Shown here: positions 37,483 to 51,036 of the stretch, one piece after another
How the letters are laid out: each line of letters begins with the position of its first letter
How positions within the stretch are numbered: the first letter of the stretch is position 1
Source of the DNA: Mobula hypostoma
Taxonomy: Eukaryota
Direction: 5' to 3'
Assembly (NCBI RefSeq): GCF_963921235.1
Contig: NC_086097.1
Coordinates: forward strand, 68,822,001-68,886,000
DNA length: 64,000 bases
The notes under the pieces: model-generated
Database searches by the model: none
Told to the model about the DNA's origin: nothing
What the model saw: the letters and a program-made list of their open reading frames with translations, nothing else
Program-made: the position numbers and the translations under genes

Positions 37483-40140
37483 GGGAAATGGGTAGATGGT
37501 AACCGATGATGATGATAATGACTGTGACAGAGCCCTGCATTCCAAACTGGAATCATAGACTATCAAATTGCAATCCATGCTTGTGATGCCTCATAGTTTA
37601 AAAATAAAATTTCACCCGGAATGCTGAGAAAAAGATATTATAAGAAAGTAGGGAAAGTTGAGAAAAGAACCACATACTCAGACTGGATAATGGGGTTCAT
37701 TTTGTGCTTTCCTACATTTAAAATAAATTATGAATTGTCCCTGGAGGACAAAATAGATTTTTGACTTACGGTATTTAATAATAGAATTATATTTGTCCAT
37801 TGTATCATACTGGATAATATTACATCCCCACTTGGATCCATCCTTTTGTAAGCATTCACAAAGTGTGGGATTCAATGTCAAATACTGAATTTATTTCCAT
37901 TATTTCAGAAAATGTAACACAATTGTCACCCAGCACATAGCTAATGCATTTATTAAACTCTATGCAGAAATACTTAAAAGAGTTCTAAAGTATGAGTGTA
38001 TTTGTTTTCTGCCCAGATTCAAGCAGACTAACCAATTAACAGATCAAATTTTGCAATGCAAAGGCAAAAGTTTGAATGACATGAATCTCTTAAAGTAAGG
38101 GCTTAAGTATAAAAATGAATAGTGTGACAGCTCAAGTTTGATTTAAGATTTTTGCTTACTGGGGAGGCATAGCTCATATTTTTATGAATTAAATATTTAA
38201 CAGCTCATAGGACAATATAATGAAAATAGCAAATCAGGCAAAGGCCCCAGTTGCCAAGATCATGGCATCGTGAGTGGCTCTGCTGCACAGGATGGCAGAG
38301 AAAAGAATGGAAGGGCTATAGTGACATGGCAGGGTTGGTGAACCTTTCAGAGAGTGTGTGCCCAAATTGGCAATAATTTCTCTCACGTGCCATGTCAATT
38401 CTGAGCAGAGATTATCATTGATTAATGAATGTAACAATAATTATGAACTTTTTAAAAGATAAACAGATGAGTCCCATTGCTTATTTATGTGTATTCATTG
38501 TTTTACTATTAGTAAAGGTATATGAGACAAATTGAAATAAATGAAGTATTTTAGAAACCTGTTCAAAATTATTAATATTAATCTTTTTAAAAGATAATTG
38601 AAAAATAACATTTTCTACATACTATTGTTATAAATAAAATATGTTTATTGCAAAAAGATAAATATTCACAGAGGCATTAAACTACATACAGTAGTTAACA
38701 TTATTTTTACTGAATATCCAGTGTTCACTCACAAATGACAGAAGAAAGCAGAACGAAGGCAATAGCAACTGGCCCAACTATGTACTATACAAATACTGAT
38801 GTGTACACCAGGTCTGTGAGGATTTCAAATCGCATCACCCACATTTTGTGTTCTCATAATTTGTCTATTTAGTTGGCGCCAAGCTGGCGTGAGATGTTTC
38901 CTGTAAAAACATCTCACTGTTCCTGAGTTATCAAGAAGAAGTCACTCTCTGCTTCATTTGGTAGTAAAGATAATGAGATAATCATTGTGTATGTATCTTT
39001 TTTACTCTGGATAGAGTTTGAATAATTGAGGAGCGGCTCTGCATGCCACGTACCAGCAAATGTTTGTGCAAGCTATCTTGGGCACATGCCACAGGTTCAC
39101 CTCTCCTGTTGGGGGATTCCATGGTAAGGAAAATAGACAGGAGTTTCTATGGCCCCAAACAACACTCCCAGTTAGTGCATTGCCTCCTAGGTGCAAAGGG
39201 CAGGGATGTCTCAGAGAGGCAACGCAGGATCCTGGCAGGCGAGAGTGAACAGGCCATTGTTGTGATGCAGGTAGGTACTAATAATGTAGCAAAAAGTGGG
39301 ATGAGGTCCTACAGGCTAAATTTAGGGAACTAAGAGACAAATTAAAAGGTAGCACCTCAATGGTGGTAATCGCAGGATTACTGTGCCATATGCTAGTCAG
39401 AGTAGGAATAGCAGAATAGATAGGATGAACATGTAGCTTGAGCAATGGTGAAGAAGGGAGGGGCTCAGATTCTTGGGGCATTGGAACCAGTTCTGGGAGA
39501 GGTGAGAACAGCACAAACTGTATGGTCTACACCTGGGAAGGACAGGGATCAAAGTCCTAGGTGGTTTGTTTGCTGATGCCATTGGGGAGGGTCTAAATTA
39601 ATATGGCAAGGGGATGGAAATCAAGGCAGAAAGACAGAGAGAAGCAATGCAGATACCAAAGCAAAAGTTAAAAAAGAGGAAATTAGGTGTAGGGCGAAGC
39701 CAAATGTTAGACACAAAGGTTCCTAGATTCTAAAAGGACAATGAGTGAACAGACACTTTATCTGAATGCCCAATGTATTCAGTCAGTGAACTTGCAGCAC
39801 AAATCAGTATTATGATTTAGTGGCCATTACAGAAACATATTTGAAGGGTGGAGATGATAGGAATAGGGAATTAAATATCTAGGGTATCACGTAATATAGA
39901 AGGATAGGCAGGAAGGTATGGGAGGCTGAGTGGTGTTTATAATTAAGGATGAGATTAAGATGAAAGTAAAATACAATGTAAAATCTAAAGAGCAAAATGT
40001 TGAGTCCATCTGGGTAGAGATTAGGAATAGTAAAGGGAAAAAAATCACTGGTAGGTGTTGTCTATAGGCCACCAAATAATAACATTAGTGGCAGAGGCAA
40101 TAAACCAACAAGTATCTGATGTATATGAAAATGGAACAGC

Positions 40141-40910
40141 CACATAGGCACAATGCTGGAGGAATTCAGCAAGTCAGCCAGCATCAATGGAGGGGAATAA
40201 ACAGTCAACTTTTCAGGCCAAGGCTTTTAACCAGGAATGGAAAACGAATGGGACAGAAACTAGAATAAGATCATGTCATCAGGTTGGAGGCCACCCAGAC
40301 AGAATATGAAGTGTTGCTCCTCCAACCTGACTATGGCCTCATTGTGATGGTTGAGAAGACCATAGACAGATATTTTGGAATGGGAAAGGGAAGTTGAATT
40401 GAAATGGAACTTTCAATTTGACATCCTATTTCCATTCAGACAAGTCTCCATCAATTTCTCTAAACTCAGGTAAATTCTCTCCCATTCCCCTTCGCTATTT
40501 TTCCATTACCCATTCTGGTTACACATCTCACTGCTTCTCTTCTCTTTATCAGCCCATCTTCCTCCTCTGGTGCCACTCCTCCTTCCCTTTCTTCCATGGT
40601 CAACAGTCCTCTCTTATCAAATTCCTTGTTCTTCAGCCCTTTACCTCTTCCACCTATCATCCTCCAAGCTTCTTGCTTCATCCTCCCCCTCCACCCACCC
40701 ACCTACCCCTCAAATGCCAGTTTGTACTCTTTCCCCTCAAACCCCACCTTATTCTGTCTTCTACCCCCTTCCTTTCCAGTCTTGATGAAGGGTTTCAGCC
40801 CAAAACATCAACTGTTTATTTCCTTCCACAGATACTCTACGACTTGATGAGTTTCTCATTCCGTGTGTGCGTGCTTTGGATTTCCAACATCTACGGAATC
40901 TCTTGTGTTT
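40141..40910. mobile_element. Penelope insertion made of two oppositely oriented pLTR/GIY-YIG pieces
   Basis: 40141-40410 is minus (HFNSTSLSHS..RLEEQHFIFCLGGLQPD); 40440-40910 is plus with a decayed hammerhead (cagtcttgatgaagggtttcagcccaaaacatcaactg); imperfect aatggaa duplication on both sides. Confidence 0.8.
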
Positions 40911-41889
40911 AAGAATGGAAAGGTAGTTGTCATAGAAAACTTTACCTTACACATAGATTTGGTGTATCAAGTTGATGGATGCAGTCTTGAGGATGACTTC
41001 ATAGAATGTATCTGTGATAGCTTTCTTGAACAGCATGTTAGTGAAGTTACAAGGGAAAATGTTATTTTAGATGTGGTCTTGTGCAATAAAGACAGGTAAA
41101 AATCAATGATCTTGCATTCAGTGATCTTCTTGGAAAGAGTGATCATGGTATGATTGAACTTCTCATACAAATGGAAGTGCAATAGTTTAATCTAAAACCA
41201 GTATATTATTGCCTAACTAAGGGAGGCTACAATGGAATGAGGGAAAAGTTGGCTAGTGTAAATTGGGAACAGAGGCTACATGGTGGGACCGTTGAGGAAC
41301 AGTGGAAGACCTTCAAAGAGATTTATCACAGTGCACACCAAGAGAATAGATCAATTAAGGGTAAGTGTATTAAGGGTGGGGAGAGCCAGCCTCGAATAAC
41401 TACACAAGTAAAGGAAGGCATCAAACTATGAGGTCATACAAATTCACCAAGAGTACTGGAAAAACAGAAGATTGTGAAGACTTTAAAAAGCAACAAAGAG
41501 CTAAACAAGCAGGAAAGAAAGAAAAATTAGATTATAAAAGTAAACTAGCACAAAATATAAAAGTAGATAATAAAATTATATAAAGTGAAGAAGGTGGCTA
41601 AAGTGAATATGGGTCCCTTGGAAGATGAGAAGGAAAATTAATATTGGGTAATGTGGAAATAGCTGAAGCTTTGAATGACTATTTTGTGTCAATCTGTGTG
41701 GTGCAGGACATGTCTAGCATGCTAAAGAGAGATGTTATGGATGCATTGGGAGGTGAGGACCTCGATACAATCACTGTCACTAAAGAGGTAGTGATATGCA
41801 AACAAGTGGGTCTAAAGGTAAGAATCCCTGGTTGGTCATGGTGGGACATATCCCAGGGTACTGATTGAAATTGAATGGTGGAAGCCATG

Positions 41890-41990
41890 TTGTTTGGTTG
41901 TTGAGTCCAACTCTTCGTGACCTCATGGACCATAGGGTCCATAGGGTTTTCGAGGCAAGATACGGAAGTAGTTTGCCAGGCCTTTCTTCT
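41890..41990 (-). mobile_element. RTE (Bov-B/Sauria-like) 3' tail or RTE-mobilised SINE end
   Basis: Reverse complement ggcaaactacttccgtatcttgcctcgaaaaccctatggac..gtccatgaggtcacgaagagttggactcaacaacc; TSD GAAG(C/T)CATG at 41881-41889 and 41991-41999. Confidence 0.8.
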
Positions 41991-43316
41991 GAAGTCATGC
42001 TAGAACTATTTGAGATAATTTACCAGAATCCTCTGGATTCTGGATAGGTGCTGTGGATTTGAAGACAATCAATATCACTTCACTGTTTAAAAAGGATGTA
42101 GGCAAAAGATGGGTAACTATAGGCCGGTTAGTTTAATGTCTTTAGTTGGGAAAATGTGTGATGCTATCATCAAGGAAGAAATGAAATTATGACTCATCTG
42201 TTAGAAATCATTCCATCAGGTTGACACAGCATGGATTCAGGAAGGGAAGATGCTGTTTGACAAACATACCAGAGTTGTATGAGGATATAATGAATGCAGT
42301 GTATAGAGTGCAGTGAACAGGCAGACGTTATATAATTACATTTCCAGAATGTGTTCGATAAGGTGCCACAAAAAAGACTTATCCATAAGATAAGGATGCA
42401 TGGAGTTGGAGGTAATGTAGTAACATGGATAGAGGATTGCTTCACCACCAGAAAGCAGAGAGTTGGGATGCATTGGTGTTTCTCTGGCTGGCAGTAGGTG
42501 GAGAATGGAGTGCCACAGGGGTCAGTGCTAGTTCCAAAATTGTTCATGATCTACATTAATGATTTTGAAGATGAGACCAAGTGTAGCTTTTTTAAGTCTG
42601 CTGATGACACTAATTTGAGTAGAAAAGCAAATCGTGCAGAGGATACAGAGAATCTGCAGAGCGATATTGATAGATTAAGTGAGTGGGCAAGGGTCTGGTT
42701 GATGGAGTACAATATTGGTAAATGTGAAGCCATTCACCTTGGAAGGAAAAATAGAAGATCAGTTTATTATTTAAATGGTGTAACATGCTGCTGTGCAGAG
42801 AGACTTGGAGTGCCAGTGCGTGAACCTCAAAGGTCGATTTTCAGACGCACCAGGCTATCAAGGAGGCAGATGGAATGCTGACCTTCATTGGTAGAGGAAT
42901 TGAATTTAAGATCAGGGAGGTTATGCTACAATCATACAGGGCACTTTGAGTACTGTGTGCAATTCTGACCATCTTACTGAGGAGATATTGAGTTGCCTAT
43001 ATTCACTGGAATTCAGAAGAATGACAGGGGATCTTTTAGAAACATAGAATTGCGAAATAATTAATAAATAAGACAGAGACAGAAAAGTTGTTTCCATTGG
43101 TAGGTGAGACTACAATAAGGGGGTGTAGCCTCAAGATTCAGGGCAGTAGATTTAGTACAGAGATGAGACAGAATTGCTTTTCTGTGTAATTCTCGCCAAA
43201 GAAGGCTACCACATTGAATATATTTAAGGCACAGTTGGATAGATTTTTGAACAGTAGGGAGTTAAGGGTTATGAGGAAAAGGCAGGCTGGTGGAGCTGAG
43301 TCCATGATCAGCCATG

Positions 43317-43372
43317 GTCTCCATTGATGCTGCCTGGCCTGCTGAGTTCCTCTACCATATTGTGTGTGTTGT
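43317..43372 (+). mobile_element. 56-bp Penelope pLTR fragment with 9-bp TSD
   Basis: gatgctgcctggcctgctgagttcctc..tgtgtgtgttg between TCAGCCATG (43308-43316 and 43373-43381). Confidence 0.85.
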
Positions 43373-43479
43373 TCAGCCATGATCTTAGTGAATGTTGAAG
43401 CTGGCTCAGTGGGCCAGATCCCCTACTTCTGCTCCTATTTCTTATCTTCTTCTCTTCCTATTAAATAGTACAGTATTAT

Positions 43480-43790
43480 GGAATTCATTCCACTTGCCTA
43501 GATGAGTGTAGCTCTACCATTACTCAAGGAGTTCCTCATTACCCAGCATTAATTGTGCTTCATTAACACCACGATCACCATTCTGAAAATTTACTCCTCC
43601 ACCAGCACTACACTGTAGCTGCAGTGTATGCCACCCACATGTACTTTTGCATCCAACCAAGATTTTCCAACAGCACATCTAGCTCCAGTATCATTACTTC
43701 CACAACTCCCTCTTCATCATCCTGTTCCACATCTCATGCCCTCCAGCTACTAGCAAGGGCTAATTCCACATAATTGCCATTTGGAAATGA
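43480..43790 (+). mobile_element. Old LINE (CR1/L2-group) 3' fragment
   Basis: MEFIPLA*MSVALPLLKE..IYS(L)HQHYTVAAVYA remnant of an ORF2 C-terminus. Confidence 0.5.
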
Positions 43791-46700
43791 TCGCATAATA
43801 GCTGTAACAGAAGGAGGTTTCCTTGACATTTCTTGTGCTTTTCAAAAATTTAGCACTGTACCCTCAAAGCAATGTGTGCACGGTTGATGACTGCTTTGGA
43901 CCACTGGGGAGACTACTCTCTTCCACAACTTTTGCATGAATGCCATCAGCTGCTCTCCAGTGAAGGAAGCAGAAGTGAACCTGCAGAATAGAGTGGACAC
44001 CAACACTAAAGGAAGCATACACTAGAAACTCAATACAAACTGGCACTCGTAGTCACAAATTCATGTGAATTAAACTTGGCAGATGTGAGGCTGAAAAGGA
44101 AGGCTGCTATTAGGTAATTACGGTTTTATAGTTATGAAAGTTTAAACCAAAATATAAGGCATTTATTCCTCTGTAGAACTCCTTAGTCCACACATCGGTG
44201 CCATTTCCAACAAAATAAATTATTTCCTTACATTTCCATTCCATATGCAAACTACTAAATATCATATCTATAGAATCTGCATGCAATTAATAAATTCATG
44301 CTAGGCTAGCTAATTTAAAATTTCCAGTCCAAAAGCCTGGCTACCCAAAGTGAGTCAGTATGGCATCAAAGTCACTGCTTCAAAGAGAATTGCACCCACA
44401 AAAAAAAGAGAAAAACGCAGAGCACATATTGGTCACATCTACTGCAGTGAGATCCCTGCTTTCTGAGATTGGCTCAAAACTAACACAGTGCACTGATGCA
44501 GAATAAAATCAATCTTAAGTTCAGCTGTTTGATGAATATTTACTTCTGTCTCCAGAGTTTTGGGTTCAGATTTGAAATCTGCTGAATCATGTCATTTATT
44601 TTGTGTGTATGCCAATACCAATTTACTATCTGCAAGGAAGTTCCTGAACTGGAAGTCCCTTGTGGATTCTCTGTAGGGTATTCTGTCAATCAGAAAAGGT
44701 ATGTAAAGCACTGCCTGTAGGAACCATTATCATTTACTATTCATATCCTGTTCTGTATGCTCACAATGAATTTTCTGATTGCTGTAAGCTCTACATGTAC
44801 TCTAGTGATAGCATATGTAAACATCAATCATTCATACATCATTGAAGATTACAGTGGTATGTCAGTCAATTGTATAGTTAAGTATACTCTTCTAAGATCT
44901 GTCAATAATTACAGATATTCCGCCTCATATTAAAGAATTGAATATTAAAAGTTTATGGCATGAAGTAGAGATGCATCTGTCTTTCAAAATCAACACAAAG
45001 AGAATATTATATGAAATTAAGATTTTAGAAATAAGTAAAAGCTTTTAAATCAAATCAATTATATTAAACCTTTCATGGTTTATAAAGGCACAATAGCAAC
45101 TCCTTCCTGGGCATTGTAATAGACAGATACAGTTTAAAAGGATTTTCCTGCTCAAGTGTTTTGAATAAAACTGTAATAAATTTCTAAATGTTTTCGCTCT
45201 TTGTAGAGTTTGAAGCAATGAATAATAAATGTTCAAATGTACTTTAAAGCTAACGGGAAAAAAAGGATTTGAAGAAAAACTCTCTAGGAGTTAAGCAAAC
45301 AGGAAAGGACTATATCAGAAACAGATGGTCAGTATTACATATATTTTTCAGGGAAAAATTGAAAAAAATCCATGCCTCCAGTGACAAGTATTAATAAACT
45401 CTTCAGAATTTTAAAATTACAGGCTTGCATTTAATATATGCATTAGAAAAATATGCAAAAGATGATTAAGAAACAATATGGTTGAATGTTAAATTCAAAT
45501 TATGGAAAACTCATAACAACAGCAGCCTCAATTGAGATATTTGGAAGATTAAAGGCCATTGCTTTAGGCAGGTGTTACACAAAATTCCATTAATACATGT
45601 AATTAACATTGGCCTAAGCTTTAATGAACATGCAAACCTTAATTAGCAATGTATTAGATGACACGTAAAAAGCTGATCATAATGTCAGAACCAAAATTTG
45701 TAAGCTGAGATTGTACTGAAAATAAAAAAAAGTTCTATTTCCTAAAACATATCTTAAATTGGCACAAGATTTGTTATGGCTACTGAGAAGTGAACACTGT
45801 TTTTGGAACATTTAACAGGAATCCATAATCCTAACCAGTGTCACTCTTTATGAATTCACAATATGACGGAAAAACACATTGAAACTGATTCTGCACTGTA
45901 CATATAAAATCCCTTCACTTTGGTAAACAGAAAATATTTAATAAGCTTATTAAGTATGCTACTTTTTAAAATGAAAATTGGGACCATTAGTGAAGCACTC
46001 TTCGCAATAAAGCACACTGCACTATTTAACTGTTGCCAGAAGAGTAAATTACAATTTTACACCATAATGCTTGCACATTCTTGAAGTCTACTAAAGGTAG
46101 TGATAATCTTTTACCTTTCGTACCATAATAGACTAAATCTATCGGTTTAACATAGAATAAATTGATGGCTATGGGGAAGGAGAATTATAACTAAGACAGT
46201 GAAAATTATTGATTTTAAACAGTTCCAGTACATTAACAGGGAGAGTAATTGCAGAAAATTGATGTTAATATCTGGTCATAAGTGACAAAGGAACTGTTGT
46301 GAAAGATCAGAGTGAAATTCTGAACAAACAGATATACTTTATTGACTAGGTAGAAGGAATAATGAAGTTATGCAAGAAAAAAAGACAACAGAAAATTGTT
46401 TTAAAAATGTCAAGCCGACTTCAAGTAGCACACACCATGAGCCTTTACAACATATTAAACACAAAATACATGGACAATTACATATTTCTAGTAATACTAC
46501 AATCAGTTTTACTTCTGCTGGGATAGCCTATTGAAAAATGTTTTGTTTAATTCTGAAACAATGAAATATTAGTACTAGTAATGAAGATGTTCTTTGATCT
46601 GTATGTTATGTCTCAGAATCATTTCCGATACATTTGTTATAATAGCGGGTGCCTACATCTTCTGAAAATCTCATCTCAGTGGTTTAAACATCAGGAATTT

Positions 46701-49119
46701 TTGCTTCAGTTATTAAACCATGAAAAATTTACAAAATAAATCAATTAATGATGTGTTGTCTGCATTTACCATTGTCTTGGATTCATAAATGAAAAACTGG
46801 AAATCCCTCTAAAAATGTTAAATTCTCTAAGTTTATTTTAATGTTGCATCTGTCAGTGGCTAAGTGGTCTTGACATGCAGTTTGTTTGTTTGCTTTTCTT
46901 TTCTGTCTAATAATCTACCTTCAAAGTTCCTGTCAGGTAAATGACCTTGTATTTCATTAACGGATAATTAAATGGATTTATTCCACTAACGGCTTTAATT
47001 AAAATGCTAGAAATATTGATTACCCCTATCATCCTTATTCCCAAGGATGAAAAAGGTTCTAAGAGTGTTTATTTAGAAACAGTGAAGAATTAAATTAGAT
47101 TGAATCTCTGGGAGACCAAAAGAAATGTAATACCTTCCTGTACTTCAAGCAGAAAATGAGATTTTGCTTCTTTGTTAAAACATATAATTTTCTTTAACAA
47201 CAAGTACTGTTTATTTTAATATCATCAGGGAGCTGTTTTAAATAAATGTAAATAAGCTGTCATGGTAACAAACCTAGCACCTTGATATACAGGTATGAAC
47301 ATTACGAACCTGTGATTCCTATCCCACGGCAATAAAGCTGTACAAATCAAACAAAACAGAATATCAACAACCTGTGCTCTTTTCTGTGCGCTGTCCAGAT
47401 TTAGAACAAATAGCCCATTAATGTGGTCATAACATGCACCATTTTTTGAAGCTGAATACTTATGACTTCTTTATTTGTTTCCTGACAAATGTGTGAGTAA
47501 TGTTGCAAGAAAAGAAGCTTTCACAAGAGCATATAAAGCTTCCACCTTGCTCATCATCACACTGCAACATCTCCTGAACAATAGACTAGCTGTGTTATAA
47601 GGAAAATGTAACTAGAGGGCACACATTAGAATTTTTAGATTGGCTGAGGTAGGAAACAAAGATGTATCGAGCTATCATGTCATCCCCATAATGTCCCCTA
47701 AGGAGGGTTAACACATGTGCTTTCTTTAAATCTTCTTCAACCTACTGGGCATGTTCCATCTGGGTAATGCTGGGCTATTTTAAAGGAAACGTTTTGTGAC
47801 AATCAGATCATTTTCCCTTTTAGGGGTGAGGTTGGCTCAACACCCTTATTGTACGTCTGCCTGAGGGACCAGACACAAGGTTTTCTAAATTTCATTAAAA
47901 GCATAATTGACTCTTAACCCTTGAAGCTTCACTCACAGCATTTGTTGCAATAACCACAGGGTGTCTGGTTTACTCTACACGGTAAGAATTAAAACCCTTT
48001 TGGCTAAAGCTACTATAACAGAATTCGCTTTCTGAAATTTAATTTGAAGTGTGGTTTAAAGGTTTGAGAGTGAACTCTCAAGAATTTGTAAAGTTCCAAA
48101 ATGTATGACAAAATCAAAGAAATATTTCACATGTTAATCTAATGGCAGATTCGTTAAATCAATATGATTACTCAGAGAATGACATAGAAATTTGATATCA
48201 ATTTCCATCAAATACAGTGAAGAAATATAATTGTGAGTGTTACTCTCTCATTCATCTTCTGCAAGCAAGATCCGGCTGCTGCGAATCCAACATCCTACCC
48301 CACTCTTCCCATTCCCACTCCTTGGAACCATATTTAAAATTAGGTGCCATTCACAAGAGGAAGAAGCAATTGCATATTCATGTCCTGACACTCCATGTCA
48401 AAGTGCATTCAAGGGTTTCATCCCATTATTAAAACATCAGCATTACTCATAAATAAGGCTGAAGCGTACAGCTCAGTATGCTGAATGAAAATATCTCTCT
48501 GTGTTTATGAAATAATTCTGTGATCAAAACTGATCCATTTTCTTTCCAGAAGAACTGATGCAGCAGTTTACTGTGCTACCATATATTGGTCAGGTTGTAG
48601 GTGTACAGAAACCTACAGTTGCATTCCATTCTCTTCGTAGAAATATTGACATTGTCCTTGATAGGGCATGAGAAATGCTAATGGAATTGAATCATTATTG
48701 TAATTCAATTTTTTACTTCAAATAGTATTAATTTTGACATTGACTGGGAGTAGTATTATGTCAACCTACACAGTATGAGAAAGATCATTAAAGCAAACAT
48801 TCCATCAAATAATTACAAAGCAAGATTATTGGGAAACAAGATAGAAGAGTCATTGTTCATAAGTTGACCGTTTTTGAGGTTAAACGGTCATTTAAGGTAG
48901 CACGGAAAATCATGGAGGAATGATTAGATGATATATTTCCTAGATTTTACTGAATTGATGAACCAAAAGGATGAGTGGATGAGGAAAAGAAATGAAACTT
49001 TGCAATCTGTAGTCATACCATTCAATAATAATGAGGTGGATTTCTAAACTAGCTCACCAAAATAACAAATGGTAATTTTTCAAAACCAGACTAAGACCAT
49101 CTGAGAACTGTCACTGAAC

Positions 49120-49585
49120 CTGCTGAACCACAGGATTGAAAGAAGCTACAAAAAGTTGTAAAATTAGTCAGCTCCATCTCAGGTACTAGCCTCCATAGTA
49201 TCCAAGACATCTTCAAGGAACGGTGCCTCAGAGATGCAGTGCCCATCATTAAAGACCCCATCACCTATGACATGCCCTCTTCTCATTGTTACTGTCAGGA
49301 AGGAGGTACAGAAGCCTGAAGGCACACACTCAGTGATTCAAGAACAGTTTTCACCTCTCTGCCATTCATTTGCTAAATGGACATTAAACATGTACACACT
49401 ACCGCATTTAAAAAATATTATTTCTGTTTTTGCACTATTTTAAATCTAACTATTTAATATATATATTTATTGTAATTGATTACTTATGTTTTTCCATCTA
49501 GTATTATCATGATTTGCATTGTATTTCTGCCACTAAGTTAACACATTTCATGACATGTGCTGGTGATATTAAACCTGATTCTGAT
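49120..49585 (+). mobile_element. Rex1-type 3' fragment
   Basis: KKLQKVVKLVSSISGTSLHSIQDIFKERCLRDAVPIIKDP..LLSGRRYRSLKAHT; tail aaacctgattctgat. Confidence 0.8.
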
Positions 49586-50129
49586 ACGAGCGGTGTTGTT
49601 TGGCAAACTATTCTTTACCTCCCAGTGTTTGAACGATAGTTCTCTGACATTTTCCAAAACCATGTTCTGGACGAGAATACCACCACTGACATTAGGTGAC
49701 CTTCTCACAGTCACTGACACCAGTTTCTCTGAAAGTCTCTGTTCCAAAATGTGCAAGCTCATAGTTCTCAAAACTTCAAAATTCATTTATCTTCTTCCCA
49801 ACACTAACAAGTAGGATTTTCATGGTGTAGCCACAGTTTCAACATAATTTCACAGAACACATTTCTTTCTATTTTAGTTCTCTTCATTCTCCCATGTCTA
49901 CTGTCTACTACAAGGAGTAGTGGATACAGCCCAGTCCTTCACAGGTAAAGCCCACCGCACTACTGAGCACATCTCCATGGAGCGCTGTCGCAGAAAAACA
50001 GCATCCATCATCAAGGACCCCCACTATCTTTTCTCATCGCTGCCATCAGGAAACAGATACAGGAGCCTCAGAACCCATACCAGGAACAATTATTACCCAT
50101 CAACCATCAGGGCGCATGAACCAGAGGGA

Positions 50130-50936
50130 ACATGTACCATTGTGCTGAGAAGGGGGGAGGTGTTATGAGCGATTGCCTTGGATGTTTTTATTCTGATCAC
50201 GAGACCCTGTTGGATATTGGTAATGTAGGTTACTGCAAGTCAGGTTGACAGGTTCATTGGTAAGACTGGCGGTGGGGGAGTTGCATTGCCTTGGTTGTGG
50301 CGAGGACTAGTCTTAATCCTAGGCCGAGACCACAGTGCTGCCTGTGGCCTCACCCAGGGGAGGAGACACAAAGGTGGTGCTGTTCTCCTGTGTTAGCTCG
50401 TAGCTGCCCTCGATTGTTCGTTCAGTGGAAGAGCAAGCTGGACCAGGACAATTTATCATCAATCTAGTCATGCCACATAGGGACTTGGCTACATTTTTTT
50501 TTCTCTTTATGACTATGTTTCTTTTTCTGAAATCATAACCATGTGCTATGTGTAGTTGGTAATGTGTTTTGCACCTTGGCCCCAGAGGAATAGTGTTTTG
50601 TTTGGCTATATTCATGTATTCTCTAAGAGGACCACAGCCTTGTCATTAGGGTTTGGAAGCTTGCATGCCTCAATGACCCATAGAATGCTTTGGCCCTTGG
50701 TAGGGTCACCATGTCAAACAAGTCAAAGGGTAGAGGCCAGACTAAGAGTGGTCCTCCAGTCCTCCAGGTTCAAGGGTTCTGTGCAGGGCTACAACCTGAG
50801 CTGAACCCCTAAGTCTTCTATATCTGTGACAGACAGAGGTGGAGGACTTTCATTGCTGCCCTAAATGCCAGCGACATAATGGGCAAGCACATATTCATGT
50901 ATGGTTGAATGATAATTAGACTTGAATTTGAACTTG
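50130..50936 (+). mobile_element. Unclassified non-coding retro-insert with (TTGAAC)n tail
   Basis: Interrupts Rex1; ends gaatgataattagacttgaatttgaacttgaact; itself split by a TSD-flanked insert. Confidence 0.55.
50620..50890 (+). mobile_element. Bipartite non-autonomous RTE element (5' UTR joined to 3' end)
   Basis: 12-bp TSD ATATTCATGTAT (50608-50619, 50891-50902). 5' ggaccacagccttgtc..ggtagggtcacc..gtggtcc resembles RTE/Bov-B/Expander 5' UTRs; 3' reads DRQRWRTFIAALNAS, an RTE ORF end. Confidence 0.8.
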
Positions 50937-51036
50937 AACTTCACTAAAACCAACACTGAACTGTTTCCACAATCTATTGACTAACTTTCAAGGTCTCTTC
51001 ATCTCATGTTTTCTATATATATTTATTGCTTATTTA

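Larger units (their letters stand above)
39090..43450 (+). mobile_element. Older near-full-length CR1 (ORF1 SGNH, EN, RT, 3' UTR) with three nested insertions
   Basis: LLLGDSMVRKID..CLLGAK..VGTNNV; YRPPN; FLEQHVSEVTRENVILDVVL; GVPQGSVLVP; SADDTNL; 3' UTR. Confidence 0.9.
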
